A stretch of 62,662 bases of DNA, the filler included, from Limisphaerales bacterium (lineage in GTDB: Bacteria > Verrucomicrobiota > Verrucomicrobiia > Limisphaerales > SIBE01): NCBI GenBank assembly GCA_044225505.1. It is 3 parts of 3 records of this genome, joined end to end, with 100 filler letters (N's around TTAATTAATTAA, not from the genome) between each part and the next. Parts side by side here need not be neighbours in the genome. Positions count along the whole stretch, not along the records: positions 1 to 29,965 come from JBGAIN010000097.1; 2 more parts are not named here. One strand, given 5' to 3'. The stretch's first letter is position 1. Each line of letters opens with the position of its first letter. Of the stretch, positions 1-10,053 are shown piece after piece. A program made the position numbers and the translations under genes. The notes under the pieces are model-generated. The model was given only the letters and a program-made list of their open reading frames with translations. It did not search any database and was not told where the DNA came from.

Positions 1-948
1 GAACCGTTTTCGCCGCGTCGGACAGTGTATGGATTTGTGGAACGACAGAATCTGCCCGGGTTGTTTCGGACTTTTGATTTTGCGACACCGGATGCGACTA
101 GTCCGCAGCGCTTTTCGACGACGGTGCCACAGCAGGCCTTGTTCATGATCAACAGCCCTTTTGTGATTCAACAGTCACTGAGCCTCTCCCACCGGGGCCG
201 CGTTGAGCGACGCGACGCGGAGGAACGCATCCGGTGGTTGTACCAAACGACGTTGCAGCGAGAACCGACGTTACGTGAAAAAGAACGAGGTTTAGCTTTT
301 ATCGCTTCGCAAAGCTCGGTGGAGCCCTACGTTCCTGAGCCGGCCGCGTGGCAGTACGGGTATGGCGAGTATGATCCGTTGTCCGAAAAGGTGACAACCT
401 TCCGGTCGCTGCCGCACTTCACCGGGGAGGCTTGGCAAGGCGGCCCCAGTTTGCCGGACGCGCAGCTTGGATGGGTGATGTTGCGAGCCAGCGTCGGACA
501 TCCAGGAGCGGATCACCAGCACGCGGCGATACGGCGCTGGACAGCACCACGGCGGCTTACCATTACGATTGCGGGCAAACTCTCGCATGAATCGAGCCTT
601 GGTGATGGTGTGCACGCCTGGATCGTGTCCAGTCGTAACGGGGAGTTGGGAGGTTGGACGGTCAAGAAGTCGCAACGCGAAACTTCGGTTGGCCCGTTGG
701 AGGTTGACAGAGGTGAGATATTGGATTTCGTGGTTGATTGCCGCCAGTCCGTCGAGAACGATTCTTTTACATGGACCCCACGGATCAAAGCCATCGCCGC
801 GCCCGGTGACACGGCGGTCGGTCAAGACGCAGACTGGGATGCGCGCCAGGAATTCGCCGGGCCACGCCCGGAATCTCCAGAGTTGGACGCGTGGGATCGC
901 TACGTGCAGGTGTTGCTCATGTCGAACGAGTTCGTCTTTGTGGATTGA
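1..948 (+). CDS. DUF1553 (PSD1) domain protein, C-terminal part (5'-truncated); typical of PVC PSCyt/DUF1549/DUF1553 proteins
   Basis: Frame open from base 1: EPFSPRRTVYGFVERQNLPGLFRTFDFATPD...TTVPQQALFMINSPFV; ends QVLLMSNEFVFVD, a characteristic DUF1553 ending. Confidence 0.85.
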   Translation, partial: EPFSPRRTVYGFVERQNLPGLFRTFDFATPDATSPQRFSTTVPQQALFMINSPFVIQQSLSLSHRGRVERRDAEERIRWLYQTTLQREPTLREKERGLAFIASQSSVEPYVPEPAAWQYGYGEYDPLSEKVTTFRSLPHFTGEAWQGGPSLPDAQLGWVMLRASVGHPGADHQHAAIRRWTAPRRLTITIAGKLSHESSLGDGVHAWIVSSRNGELGGWTVKKSQRETSVGPLEVDRGEILDFVVDCRQSVENDSFTWTPRIKAIAAPGDTAVGQDADWDARQEFAGPRPESPELDAWDRYVQVLLMSNEFVFVD

Positions 949-1593
949 ATGTCCGATTTGATGAAAAAGCCACTGCGTTCAGAGATTCCACGGAAGACGA
1001 TCTATCGATTGTCTGCGTATCTGCGCTGCCTGGCCCGGCTGAAGCAGAACAGCATTCGGACCGTCTCCAGCGAGGCTTTGGCCAAAGCGGCCGGAGTGAA
1101 GTCTACTCAACTGCGGAAAGACCTGACTTATTTTGGACAATTTGGGACGCGCGGACTGGGCTACGATGTCGAGCAGCTCAGCCGTTTGGTTTCGGATCTT
1201 CTGGGGACGAATTCGCTTCAGCCAGTCGTCCTCGTCGGAGTGGGGAATCTGGGGCTGGCGTTGCTTTCTTATCGCGGGTTCGAGCAGGAAGGTTTCGATA
1301 TCATCGCGGGCTTCGATCAGGATCTTCACCGTAAACGAAATAAGCGCATCCGCCAGCCGATCTATTCGATGGACAAGCTGGCCGAGATTGTGCGCGAGCG
1401 CGGGGTCCGCATGGCCATTCTGACTGTCCCTCCGTCGGAGGCCCAACAGGTCGCTCGGGAACTAGTTGACTGCGGAATTACTGGGATCTTGAATTTCGCC
1501 CCGGTCGTGCTGGAAGTGCCAGATGACGTAATGGTCAATAACGTCAATCTGGCGATCGAGTTGGAACATCTTTGCTATTTCGTGCAGCAGTAA
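949..1593 (+). CDS. rex: Redox-sensing transcriptional repressor Rex
   Basis: IPRKTIYRLSAYLRCL, SSEALA, QLRKDL-x-YFGQFGTRGLGY, Rossmann VGVGNLG, GILNFAP. Confidence 0.96.
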   Translation: MSDLMKKPLRSEIPRKTIYRLSAYLRCLARLKQNSIRTVSSEALAKAAGVKSTQLRKDLTYFGQFGTRGLGYDVEQLSRLVSDLLGTNSLQPVVLVGVGNLGLALLSYRGFEQEGFDIIAGFDQDLHRKRNKRIRQPIYSMDKLAEIVRERGVRMAILTVPPSEAQQVARELVDCGITGILNFAPVVLEVPDDVMVNNVNLAIELEHLCYFVQQ

Positions 1594-1656
1594 GCTTGGT
1601 TTTCCCTTGACCCGTCAGCGGCTGCACTCAATTCTTGCGCGATTCCTGGACGCCCT

Positions 1657-2730
1657 ATGAAAAGCTTTACTCGAGTCTCGTTATCAATCCTGCTCACCGT
1701 ATCTGGCATTGGTGAAATGGGAGCGCTCGGCCAGAATAGCGCGAGCAGCTCAGCTGCGGCCAAAACCTCCGGTCAACGGATCTCCCACCGGGACTATCCC
1801 CACATCGGTCGTATCGAACGACTGGACCCGGCTTTGGATGCGGTGATCGCGCCGGACGCGCCCATCGAAAACTTGGCGAGCGGGTTTGTCTGGGCGGAAG
1901 GCCCTGTCTGGAAGCGGTTCGGGAGTTACCTGATATTCTCCGACGTTCCACGAAACATTGTCTTTCGCTGGAAGGAAGGCGAGGGGGTGCGGGAGTATTT
2001 AACGCCCAGCGGGTATACCGGGGAGACAGCACGAGGCGGGGAGCCCGGTTCTAACGGATTGACACTGGACCCGCAAGGGCGGCTTATTCTCTGCCAGCAC
2101 GGGGATCGGCAGGTCGCCCGATTGGAGCGGAATGGGAGCTTCAAGGTATTGGCGCAGTATCATCAGTTTCATCGTTTCAACAGTCCCAATGACCTGGTTT
2201 ACAAATCGAATGGAGATCTTTACTTCACAGATCCTCCGTACGGACTGCTAAAACAGAATGCGGACCCAGCCAAGGAACTATCGGCGAATGGGGTCTATCG
2301 GCTACGTCCTTCCGGTCAAGTGGACCTTCTGGTCCGCAATTTGACGTTCCCAAACGGCTTGGCGTTTTCGCCTGATGAAAAGACGCTTTATGTGGCTGTG
2401 TCGGACCCGAACCACGCCGTCTGGATGGCCTATGATGTTCTCAAGGACGGCACGTTGGGCGACGGTCGGATCTTACTTGATGTCACCTCCATGGTCCCAA
2501 CGAAAAAAGGACTGCCTGATGGACTGAAGGTTGACCGCATGGGCAACCTTTTCGCAACGGGACCAGGTGGAGTATTGATCATTTCACCCCTCGGCAAGCA
2601 TCTCGGGACCATTATGACGGATGAACCCACTGCGAACTGCGGTTGGGGGAACGACGGCTCGGTTCTTTACATCACGGCCAATGACAAGCTTTGCCGCGTC
2701 AAGACCCGGACCCGCGGCAAAGTCCTCTGA
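1657..2730 (+). CDS. SMP-30/gluconolactonase family protein, secreted
   Basis: Signal peptide; WAEGPVW, GSNGL, FNSPND, FTDPPYG, PNGLAFSPD, PDGLKVD, TANCGWG. Confidence 0.93.
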   Translation: MKSFTRVSLSILLTVSGIGEMGALGQNSASSSAAAKTSGQRISHRDYPHIGRIERLDPALDAVIAPDAPIENLASGFVWAEGPVWKRFGSYLIFSDVPRNIVFRWKEGEGVREYLTPSGYTGETARGGEPGSNGLTLDPQGRLILCQHGDRQVARLERNGSFKVLAQYHQFHRFNSPNDLVYKSNGDLYFTDPPYGLLKQNADPAKELSANGVYRLRPSGQVDLLVRNLTFPNGLAFSPDEKTLYVAVSDPNHAVWMAYDVLKDGTLGDGRILLDVTSMVPTKKGLPDGLKVDRMGNLFATGPGGVLIISPLGKHLGTIMTDEPTANCGWGNDGSVLYITANDKLCRVKTRTRGKVL

Positions 2731-2824
2731 TTGCCAAACCGGCACTGTGGTTAGTTTGGATTGACGCTTGAGGGCTCGTCCCAGAGAGCTTGTCTTTCTA
2801 TATTCTTGTGTTTACAAGAATCCC

Positions 2825-4171
2825 ATGAACCGCCGCAAATTCCTCCAAGTCAGCAGTTCCAGCATCGCATTTTCCCTCCTGTCGAAATATGGCAGCGACG
2901 CTGCGGAATTCGGCGAAATGAAGAAACGGGTGGGTCTGATCGGCACGGGCTGGTATGGCAAGTGTGACTTGTGGCGTCTGGTTCAAGTGGCTCCGGTCGA
3001 GATCGTGTCGCTGTGTGACGTTGATCAGCGCATGCTCGCCGCCGCGGCGGATATGGCGGCCACCAGGCAGCTTTCCAAGAAAAGGCCGCGGACTTACTCG
3101 GACTACCGGGAGATGCTGAAAGAGAAAGACCTGGATCTCGTTCTGATTGGCACTCCGGATCATTGGCATGCGTTGCCGATGATTGCTGCGGTGGAGGCGG
3201 GAATGGATGTATGGGTGCAAAAGCCGATTAGTATCGACGTTGCTGAAGGCCAGGCGATGGTGGCCGCGGCGCGGAAAAATCAGAGGGTTGTCCAAGTGGG
3301 GACACAACGCCGGAGCACGCCGCACCTGATCGAGGCCCGCGATCGAATCATAAGAGAAGGCAAGTTAGGCAAGATCGCGCACGTCGAGATTTGTTGCTAC
3401 TGGCATATGCGCGCCAGCGGCAATCCGCCGGACATTGCACCTCCGTCCTATTTGGATTACGAGATGTGGACCGGTCCGGCGCCAATGCGGCCCTATTGCC
3501 AGTGGACACACCCGCGTGGCTGGCGTGCGTTCCAGGAGTATGGGAACGGGATCGTGGGCGACATGTGTATTCACATGCTCGATATGGTGCGGTGGATGCT
3601 TGACCTCGGTTGGCCGAAGCAAGTCAGTTCCAGCGGCGGCATCTTTGTCGACAAATCGAGCAAGGCGAATATTTCGGACACCCAGTCTGCGACCTTTGAC
3701 TTTGGCGACCTCCAAGTGGTCTGGAACCATCGAACCTGGGGGGAATCAGTAGATTCAGAGTATCCGTGGAGCGCGACAATCTACGGCGATAAAGGAACCC
3801 TTCGTGCCAGCGTCTTCAAATACGAGTTCACTCCGATCGGCGGCAAGGCGCCAACGGAAAAAGGTGAGCCTCTCTTTGAATACGAAAAGTTCCCGGAGGA
3901 CCGAACTGAAGTCGATCTGGAGAGGCACTGCGCTTCGGCGATTCGCTGGCATATGAAAGACTTTCTCTCCGCGATCGAAAAACGGACCAAACCTGTCGCG
4001 GACATTGAGCAGGGACACATATCGACGGCGTCCTGCATTCTAGCGAATCTGTCGATGAAACTTGGACGTTCTTTGGCTTGGGACCCGGCGAAGGGTCAAG
4101 TCATCGGGGATCCGGCGGCGAATGGCCTCTTGGCGCGTCCTTACCGCTCACCGTGGGTTCGGCCAGCGTGA
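2825..4171 (+). CDS. Gfo/Idh/MocA oxidoreductase, Tat-exported
   Basis: MNRRKFL Tat motif; GLIGTGWYG; TPDHWH; QKP; GDMCIH; start moved to ATG 2825. Confidence 0.92.
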   Translation: MNRRKFLQVSSSSIAFSLLSKYGSDAAEFGEMKKRVGLIGTGWYGKCDLWRLVQVAPVEIVSLCDVDQRMLAAAADMAATRQLSKKRPRTYSDYREMLKEKDLDLVLIGTPDHWHALPMIAAVEAGMDVWVQKPISIDVAEGQAMVAAARKNQRVVQVGTQRRSTPHLIEARDRIIREGKLGKIAHVEICCYWHMRASGNPPDIAPPSYLDYEMWTGPAPMRPYCQWTHPRGWRAFQEYGNGIVGDMCIHMLDMVRWMLDLGWPKQVSSSGGIFVDKSSKANISDTQSATFDFGDLQVVWNHRTWGESVDSEYPWSATIYGDKGTLRASVFKYEFTPIGGKAPTEKGEPLFEYEKFPEDRTEVDLERHCASAIRWHMKDFLSAIEKRTKPVADIEQGHISTASCILANLSMKLGRSLAWDPAKGQVIGDPAANGLLARPYRSPWVRPA

Positions 4172-4306
4172 CGGAGGCTCCGTTAAGTCGCGGAGTCACC
4201 CGGCAACTAGACGCTCTCAAAGGCAAGACCCGGAACGCCGTTTCCAGCGACCGGGTCGATCTAATGAAGCCGCTTTCGTTATGGAAAGTGGGCTCTCGTC
4301 CGAGTT

Positions 4307-5470
4307 TTATCTGCCGGCACGTCCGCTCGAGATCCACGAGTTTACGCTCGTGACGCCATACCCGCTACCGGCGTAAGAGGCCGTTGTGACTTTCTTCTGA
4401 AATTCTTCGAACGGCAATTTCTCCTGCGCTAAGGCATTGATATCGGCGACACTCGCTCGGATCGTGAGGACTGTTCCCCGTGCGGCGCTTGCGGCTTGCA
4501 ATGCATCACCCCCAACCGTGTTTACAACGATTTTATTCGCCGAACGCCTGGAACCTTTGCTCGATTTGGTCGACGAGTTAGATTTTGTGCCGCCGTTCGA
4601 AGCATCCGCCGCTTGGTCGTGCGCGACGCGGGTCTCAACGGTGGCTATTCCAGTGACTGGCGCCTGCGGTGCTGGTTGGCCAAAGACCGCCACGCTGACC
4701 GCGTCCGTCGGCTTCAGGTTTCGAATATTCGCTGCATTCCGCAAGGCGCTGATCAGTGTCCGCTTCAGAGCTTCAAATTGGTCCGGATCAAACTGCACGT
4801 CCGGCACCACCACGGAAATCGGCATCGCGTTGCGTGGCACACCGAGCACTTCGCGGCGTGCGGATTCCCATTCTGAGTCAGCGGCGTTTTGGGACTGTTT
4901 CTCGTCCGGCGCGGGTGGGGGTGGCAAGAGCGGCATGTTGACTTTGATCATGAAGAGAGCACCGAATCCATCCAGATAAAGAGCGCGGGTGGATCGTCCG
5001 GAAGAGGTGTAAAGCAGCGGCACACCCATCCGGGAAGGTGGAATTTCCTCGCCCAACCCTTTCTCCAAGGCCTGGTCGAAAATGTGGCTCATGACCGAAA
5101 GATCTTCCTCCATTTGCTGAGAAGCATTTGTCTCCCCCGCGGAGAACTGCACAACGACCGGTGGCACCGCGTCGGCGGAGTTACCTGTCCGAAGCGTTCT
5201 CGATCCATAGCCCGTTCCGTAAGTGCCCCCGGCCCCACCGAATCCGCCGAACGACGCTGAGCTGCCGTCGGGGTCGCCATTGCTTCCTCTCAGTTCCCCC
5301 AGCGGGGCTGGAGCGGGGCGCAGGGGGCGCTCGGCGTTTAAGCTTGGAGTTGGGGCCGGGGAGGCCAGGCCGGCTTTGCTGGATTGAGCGCGCGATTGTT
5401 CGAGAACAGTGCAGACGGCGAGGAGAATCCCGAGGCCGAGCAGGAGCTTTTGGTTTCTAGTGGTGTTCAT
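4307..5470 (-). CDS. Secreted hypothetical protein, third gene of the ECF/anti-sigma operon
   Basis: 387-aa ORF with signal peptide (KLLLGLGILLAVCTVLEQSRA); starts 3 nt after the anti-sigma stop. Confidence 0.75.
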   Translation of the reverse strand: MNTTRNQKLLLGLGILLAVCTVLEQSRAQSSKAGLASPAPTPSLNAERPLRPAPAPLGELRGSNGDPDGSSASFGGFGGAGGTYGTGYGSRTLRTGNSADAVPPVVVQFSAGETNASQQMEEDLSVMSHIFDQALEKGLGEEIPPSRMGVPLLYTSSGRSTRALYLDGFGALFMIKVNMPLLPPPPAPDEKQSQNAADSEWESARREVLGVPRNAMPISVVVPDVQFDPDQFEALKRTLISALRNAANIRNLKPTDAVSVAVFGQPAPQAPVTGIATVETRVAHDQAADASNGGTKSNSSTKSSKGSRRSANKIVVNTVGGDALQAASAARGTVLTIRASVADINALAQEKLPFEEFQKKVTTASYAGSGYGVTSVNSWISSGRAGR

Positions 5471-5473
5471 AGG

Positions 5474-6136
5474 TTATCGGTTTTCAGGGTCGGTTAAGGA
5501 TGCCAAGTGGATCAGGCTCAATCGGGCCTGCCGGATTTCGTCATCCGTCGTCGACGCCAAGGTTTCCAGATCTTTCCGTAGTGCGACGAATTGAGAATTA
5601 TGTTGCTCTTCGAGGCGACGCACAACCGCTTGGACATTCCGACGATCTTCCGAGCGTGTGGTGTCCAAGACGTCGGCTAAAGTCCGCCAGAGGCGCTGGG
5701 AGTCAGCGCTGGTTGCTTCTGTCAAGCGTGCCTCCATGGCTCGGATGGCATTCGACGACCGGTTCTCCACGTCGTCGAGCGCTTCGTTGAGATCCTCTCG
5801 TAACCCAGCACGGAGAGAGGCTTCCATCTGAACTCGCATCGCTGCGAGTTTGGCTTCCGATGGCGCCGAGAGCTTTCCGAGCAACACCCCAAACCCCAGA
5901 ACGACTGCGGCCGCAAGAGCCCATTTCACAGATTGATAGAGGTGTGGCCGAACGTCCGGTATTGGCGCGCCTGGGACCGGCCAGGAATCGAGCGTCTTCA
6001 AGCTGCGACGCCAGCCCGCCATCTCGCGGGCGCAATCAGAACAGTGCGCGAGATGCTCCTCTAGTTGGCGGCGCTCGGGAGCTTGAGCTTCACCAAAAAT
6101 GTACGGGATCCATTCAGCACGATCAGGGTGTTTCAT
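5474..6136 (-). CDS. Zinc-finger (zf-HC2) transmembrane anti-sigma factor
   Basis: HLAHCSDC (HxxxCxxC), one TM helix WALAAAVVLGFGVLLG, helical C-terminus; overlaps sigma stop (ATGA). Confidence 0.85.
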   Translation of the reverse strand: MKHPDRAEWIPYIFGEAQAPERRQLEEHLAHCSDCAREMAGWRRSLKTLDSWPVPGAPIPDVRPHLYQSVKWALAAAVVLGFGVLLGKLSAPSEAKLAAMRVQMEASLRAGLREDLNEALDDVENRSSNAIRAMEARLTEATSADSQRLWRTLADVLDTTRSEDRRNVQAVVRRLEEQHNSQFVALRKDLETLASTTDDEIRQARLSLIHLASLTDPENR

Positions 6137-6789
6137 AAAACGAGTAATTCACGACGCGACGCGCTTTTCGGTTCGGGCGCCGTTTCAAGTTGAGGTTCCA
6201 AAATCCTGGTCAGTCGCGCCAAGGCTTCTGCCATCCGCGAATTCACTGTCCCTAGTGGGATCTCGAGCGTCTCAGCAATCTCGCTCAGTTTGAGATGTTC
6301 GTAATGACGCAAGATAAGCACGGTTCGGTAAATCTCAGGAAGCTGCGTCAGTGCCTCTCGGACGAGAGCGCCTTCTTCCGCTTGGACCACTCGCAAGTCG
6401 GGGCTCGGCGCGTCCGCAGGAAAATCCGCCACCGCCGCTTCGTTGTCATCCGGCTCGGCAGCCGCGAACAGCTCGCGACGCCGATTGACACGCCGCAATT
6501 CGTCGTGGCAAATGTTCAGTGCGATCCGCCATAGATACGTCGAGAAGCGGCCGCTCGGCTGATAAGACGCACGTTTGGCGAAGAGCCGCGCAAATGTTTC
6601 CTGTTTCAAATCATCCCCGCGATGCGCGTCGCAGGTCATGCGGACACATAGGCGACGAATAGGCTCTTCCCACCGACGAACCAATGAGGCAAAGGCTCGC
6701 GGGTCGCCAGTCTCCCGGACTTGAACCATGAGGTCCTCGTCTTCTCCAGCGAGGAAGGCGCGCAGACGGCTAAACCGGGGCTTGGTCAT
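6133..6789 (-). CDS. ECF sigma-70 factor
   Basis: DEDLM..AFASLVRRW, DLKQETF, FSTYLWRIALNICHD, region 4 LSEIAETLEIPLGTVNSR; likely ATG at 6789. Confidence 0.93.
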   Translation of the reverse strand: MTKPRFSRLRAFLAGEDEDLMVQVRETGDPRAFASLVRRWEEPIRRLCVRMTCDAHRGDDLKQETFARLFAKRASYQPSGRFSTYLWRIALNICHDELRRVNRRRELFAAAEPDDNEAAVADFPADAPSPDLRVVQAEEGALVREALTQLPEIYRTVLILRHYEHLKLSEIAETLEIPLGTVNSRMAEALARLTRILEPQLETAPEPKSASRRELLVL

Positions 6790-7081
6790 TCGCTTTAGTG
6801 TCAATTCGTTAGCTTGGCTCGAGCTTGGAATCCCGTTTTGAACTCTCGCCACTCTGTCAGTTAAACGTCGGCGGACGCGATTTCTATCGCCGATCCTTTT
6901 TCGGGGAGCGTGGGTTTCCACATCGGGCGAGCACCGGAATGCGCTCACGTGGCCCGAAGTTGAGCTGACGAGGCGGAGCCGGGAGTGCAGAAGGTGCTCG
7001 TTCTATCTTGGCACCGTTTGGCCGGCCTGATAGGTTGGGCGAATCACGATCAATCGATAGATCTGTTGAGACGCCATTGAC

Positions 7082-8179
7082 ATGAGCCCTTATTATAGCC
7101 GTCGCCAATTTCTGCGCACCGCCAGTTCCGCCGCCGTCGTTGCCGCGAGTCTTCCCTCCTGGAGCGCGGAGAGTGATCCCTCCATCACCTTGGCTTTCGT
7201 TGGTTGTGCCCACATTCACACTCCGGGTTTTATCGACCTGCTCAAACGACGTAAAGACGTCCGCGTCAAGTCTGTCTGGGACCACGACACGGCGAGAGCC
7301 GAGAAGCGAGCCAACCAGTTGAACGCCCGGGTGGTTGCCAATCCCGACGACGTTTGGAGTGACCCGGAGGTCAGGGCGGTGGTCATTTGTTCGGAAACCA
7401 ACCGTCACCATGAATTGATCCTCGCCGCAGCCAAAGCGGGGAAACATATGTTCGCGGAAAAACCGTTGGGAATCACTGCGCAGGAGAGTCGGGAAATGGC
7501 GGATGCAATTGACAAGGCGAATCTCCTCTTTACCACCGGTTACTTCATGCGGACGGATCCGAAACACCTTTTTTTGAAGGAGCAAATTTCCAAGGGGGCG
7601 TTTGGTAAGATTACTCGCGCCCGCGGTTCAAATTGTCACAGCGGCGCCTTGGGCGGGTGGTTTGATACGGAATGGCGATGGATGGCCGACCCGAAAGTGG
7701 CTGGTGTTGGCGGGTTTGGAGATTTGGGGACGCATAAATTGGACATTCTAATGTGGCTCTTTGGTGATGTTGAAGCCGCCACTGCGGACATTAAGGCGGT
7801 TACCGGACGATATGGGGATTGCGACGAGTCCGGGGAAGGCCTGATTGAGTTTAAGAATGGAGTGGTTGCGACCTTAGCGGCCGGATGGGTCGACGTCGCT
7901 GACCCTGTCCAATTGTTAATCAGCGGGACTGAAGCTCACGCGGTGATCATGAACGACCGCCTCTATTACAAGAACAAGAAAATTGGGGAGGCTGATGGCG
8001 TGGAGCCATTTACGAAGCTACCGAGCGCTCCCGCAGCCCCGCTGCAGCAGTTCGTCAACGCGGTTGCCGGGCAAAAGGACCAGCCTTTGGTCACTCCTCG
8101 TGAGGCGGCGGCACGAGTCAGCGTCATGGAAGCGATGTATCGCGCTTCACGCACTCGCGCTTGGGCCATTCCAGCTTAA
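7082..8179 (+). CDS. Gfo/Idh/MocA oxidoreductase, Tat-exported
   Basis: SRRQFL Tat motif; FAEKP; GGFGDLGTHKLD. Confidence 0.92.
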   Translation: MSPYYSRRQFLRTASSAAVVAASLPSWSAESDPSITLAFVGCAHIHTPGFIDLLKRRKDVRVKSVWDHDTARAEKRANQLNARVVANPDDVWSDPEVRAVVICSETNRHHELILAAAKAGKHMFAEKPLGITAQESREMADAIDKANLLFTTGYFMRTDPKHLFLKEQISKGAFGKITRARGSNCHSGALGGWFDTEWRWMADPKVAGVGGFGDLGTHKLDILMWLFGDVEAATADIKAVTGRYGDCDESGEGLIEFKNGVVATLAAGWVDVADPVQLLISGTEAHAVIMNDRLYYKNKKIGEADGVEPFTKLPSAPAAPLQQFVNAVAGQKDQPLVTPREAAARVSVMEAMYRASRTRAWAIPA

Positions 8180-8184
8180 CCGCT

Positions 8185-8913
8185 ATGGGAGCACAGTGGA
8201 AGCAAGCTGGGCGCGAGGCAAATGCCCAGAAGAAGGGCCAGTTGGTCGTCAAACTGGTCCGCGAAATCATGGTCGCCGCTAAACTCGGCGGAGCGGACCC
8301 AGACCTGAATCCTCGTTTAGCCGCTGCGGTCGAAAAGGCGCGGAAAGCCTCGGTCTATCGCGATACCATCGAGCGGGCTATCAAGAAGGGCTCCGGACAA
8401 ACCGAAGACAAGGTCTCGTTTGAACTCGTGACTTACGAGGGCTTTGCACCTCACAAGATTCCGGTCGTTGTCGAATGCTTAACGGACAATCGCAACCGCA
8501 CCGCGCCAGAGATTCGAAATCTGTTCAAGACGGGATCGCTCGGGCAACCGGGGAGTGTCGGATTTTTCTTCAATCATTTGGGCGTTGTCGAAGCTACCCA
8601 TCCCGATTCGAATCGGGATATGGAAGGCGATGCGATTGAAGCCGGGGCTCAGGAAGTTGAAGCGTTGGAACCTGACGAAGTTCCCGATGGACAGAAAGGC
8701 GCTCGGTTCCTGACAGAGATTCGTGAATTGGATTCCGTTTCAAAAGCGCTCAAGACGGTGGGCTGGACGATCCTGGCGGCGGAGATTCGGTATTTGGCCA
8801 AGAACTTCACGGATCTTGATCCTGCCGGGCGGAAGGAAGTCACCGATTTCCTGAACGCCTTGGATGATCACGACGATGTTCACCGAGTGTATGCCGCTCT
8901 GAAAGCTCCATAG
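8185..8913 (+). CDS. yebC: YebC/PmpR family protein
   Basis: MGAQWK start, NPRL, IERAIKKG, YEG, LTDNRNRT, LDDHDDVHRVY. Confidence 0.93.
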   Translation: MGAQWKQAGREANAQKKGQLVVKLVREIMVAAKLGGADPDLNPRLAAAVEKARKASVYRDTIERAIKKGSGQTEDKVSFELVTYEGFAPHKIPVVVECLTDNRNRTAPEIRNLFKTGSLGQPGSVGFFFNHLGVVEATHPDSNRDMEGDAIEAGAQEVEALEPDEVPDGQKGARFLTEIRELDSVSKALKTVGWTILAAEIRYLAKNFTDLDPAGRKEVTDFLNALDDHDDVHRVYAALKAP

Positions 8914-9149
8914 ACTGCTGACGGTTGGCAGGAGGATCGCGATGGGCACCGACGGGTCCGAATTGGATTCGAATTGGGACGAAATGGCGCTTCACAAAGG
9001 AACCGATTGTCATTGCTTGTCGTCAACCGTCCGGTTCAAAGTCCCGGAACAACTTGTGAGATGAGTCATTTTCACGCAACGATGCGTGATTTTCGTGAAA
9101 GTCGTTGTAAAAGCCTGAATTTGCATGGGTGTGCGATGGAGTTTTTCCA

Positions 9150-9165
9150 TGGCATCCGCCCTGCT
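9150..9165 (+). promoter_or_regulatory. Putative sigma-54 (-24/-12) promoter of the pilin-like gene
   Basis: TGGCATCCGCCCTGCT with exact GG-N10-GC spacing, 86 nt before ATG 9252. Confidence 0.55.
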
Positions 9166-9187
9166 AAACCCAGAAACAAGAAATGCG

Positions 9188-9215
9188 TTGACACTCTGAA
9201 TGGTTTGATTAGAGT
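9188..9215 (+). promoter_or_regulatory. Putative sigma-70 promoter of the pilin-like gene
   Basis: TTGACA (9188-9193), 16 nt, TAGAGT (9210-9215). Confidence 0.4.
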
Positions 9216-9251
9216 GCGCCAACCGTAACCCAAAATAACCGAATAACTCAT

Positions 9252-9989
9252 ATGAATCGCGTGTTTCGTAAATATAAAGTCGGGGCTTTCACGCTCATCG
9301 AGCTCCTAGTCGTTATCGCTATCATCGCCATTTTGGCCGGTATGCTTCTGCCTGCACTGGCCAAAGCCAAAGCGAAGGCTCAGCGCATTAAATGCGTGAA
9401 CAACCTAAAGAACGTTGGCTTGGCTTTCCGTATTTTCGCGACGGATAATAGTGATCGATTTCCGATGAACGTGCCTTCGGCTGAAGGTGGCTCCGCGGAC
9501 GCGATCGCCAACGCGAACCTGACCTGGATGCATTTCTCCGCTCTGTCTAATGAATTGAGCACGCCGAAGATTGTGGTTTGCCCGAGCGATCAACGCACGG
9601 AATCGACCACGTTTGCGACCAACGTGGCGGCAACGGCGAAGAACGTCATTCCCTTCAACAAGAACCAGAACCTGAGCTATTTCGTTGCACTTGAAGCCGA
9701 CGAAACCCGTCCTCAGGCATTTTTGGCTGGTGATCGGAATATCGTTTGCCCGACGGCCGTTCCGGCGCGTAACGACACCAAGACCTCTCTGATCACGTCG
9801 TTGGGCACGAACCACGTGTCGAGTGGCAACACTCAGACTGGCGCTTTCTACACCAATACCATGCACAACCTGCAAGGCAACGTGGGAATGGGCGACGGCA
9901 GCGTGCAGCAGTTCAGCAGCTCCCGCTTGAAGGAAGCTCTGAAGAACACTGACGACTCCAAGAATCAGATGGCGTTCCCTGGCGAGTAA
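9252..9989 (+). CDS. Type IV pilin-like protein (prepilin N-methylation motif plus H-X9-DG C-terminal motif)
   Basis: [44 protein letters not shown]. Confidence 0.93.
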   Translation: MNRVFRKYKVGAFTLIELLVVIAIIAILAGMLLPALAKAKAKAQRIKCVNNLKNVGLAFRIFATDNSDRFPMNVPSAEGGSADAIANANLTWMHFSALSNELSTPKIVVCPSDQRTESTTFATNVAATAKNVIPFNKNQNLSYFVALEADETRPQAFLAGDRNIVCPTAVPARNDTKTSLITSLGTNHVSSGNTQTGAFYTNTMHNLQGNVGMGDGSVQQFSSSRLKEALKNTDDSKNQMAFPGE

Positions 9990-10024
9990 TCGCAGGACAT
10001 AGCATTTAGTTCAGATCTAAGCTT

Positions 10025-10049
10025 GGGCACCCTTCGGGGTGCCCTTTTT
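10025..10049 (+). terminator. Intrinsic terminator
   Basis: GGGCACCC-TTCG-GGGTGCCC-TTTTT directly after the pilin-like gene. Confidence 0.9.
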
Positions 10050-10053
10050 GCAT

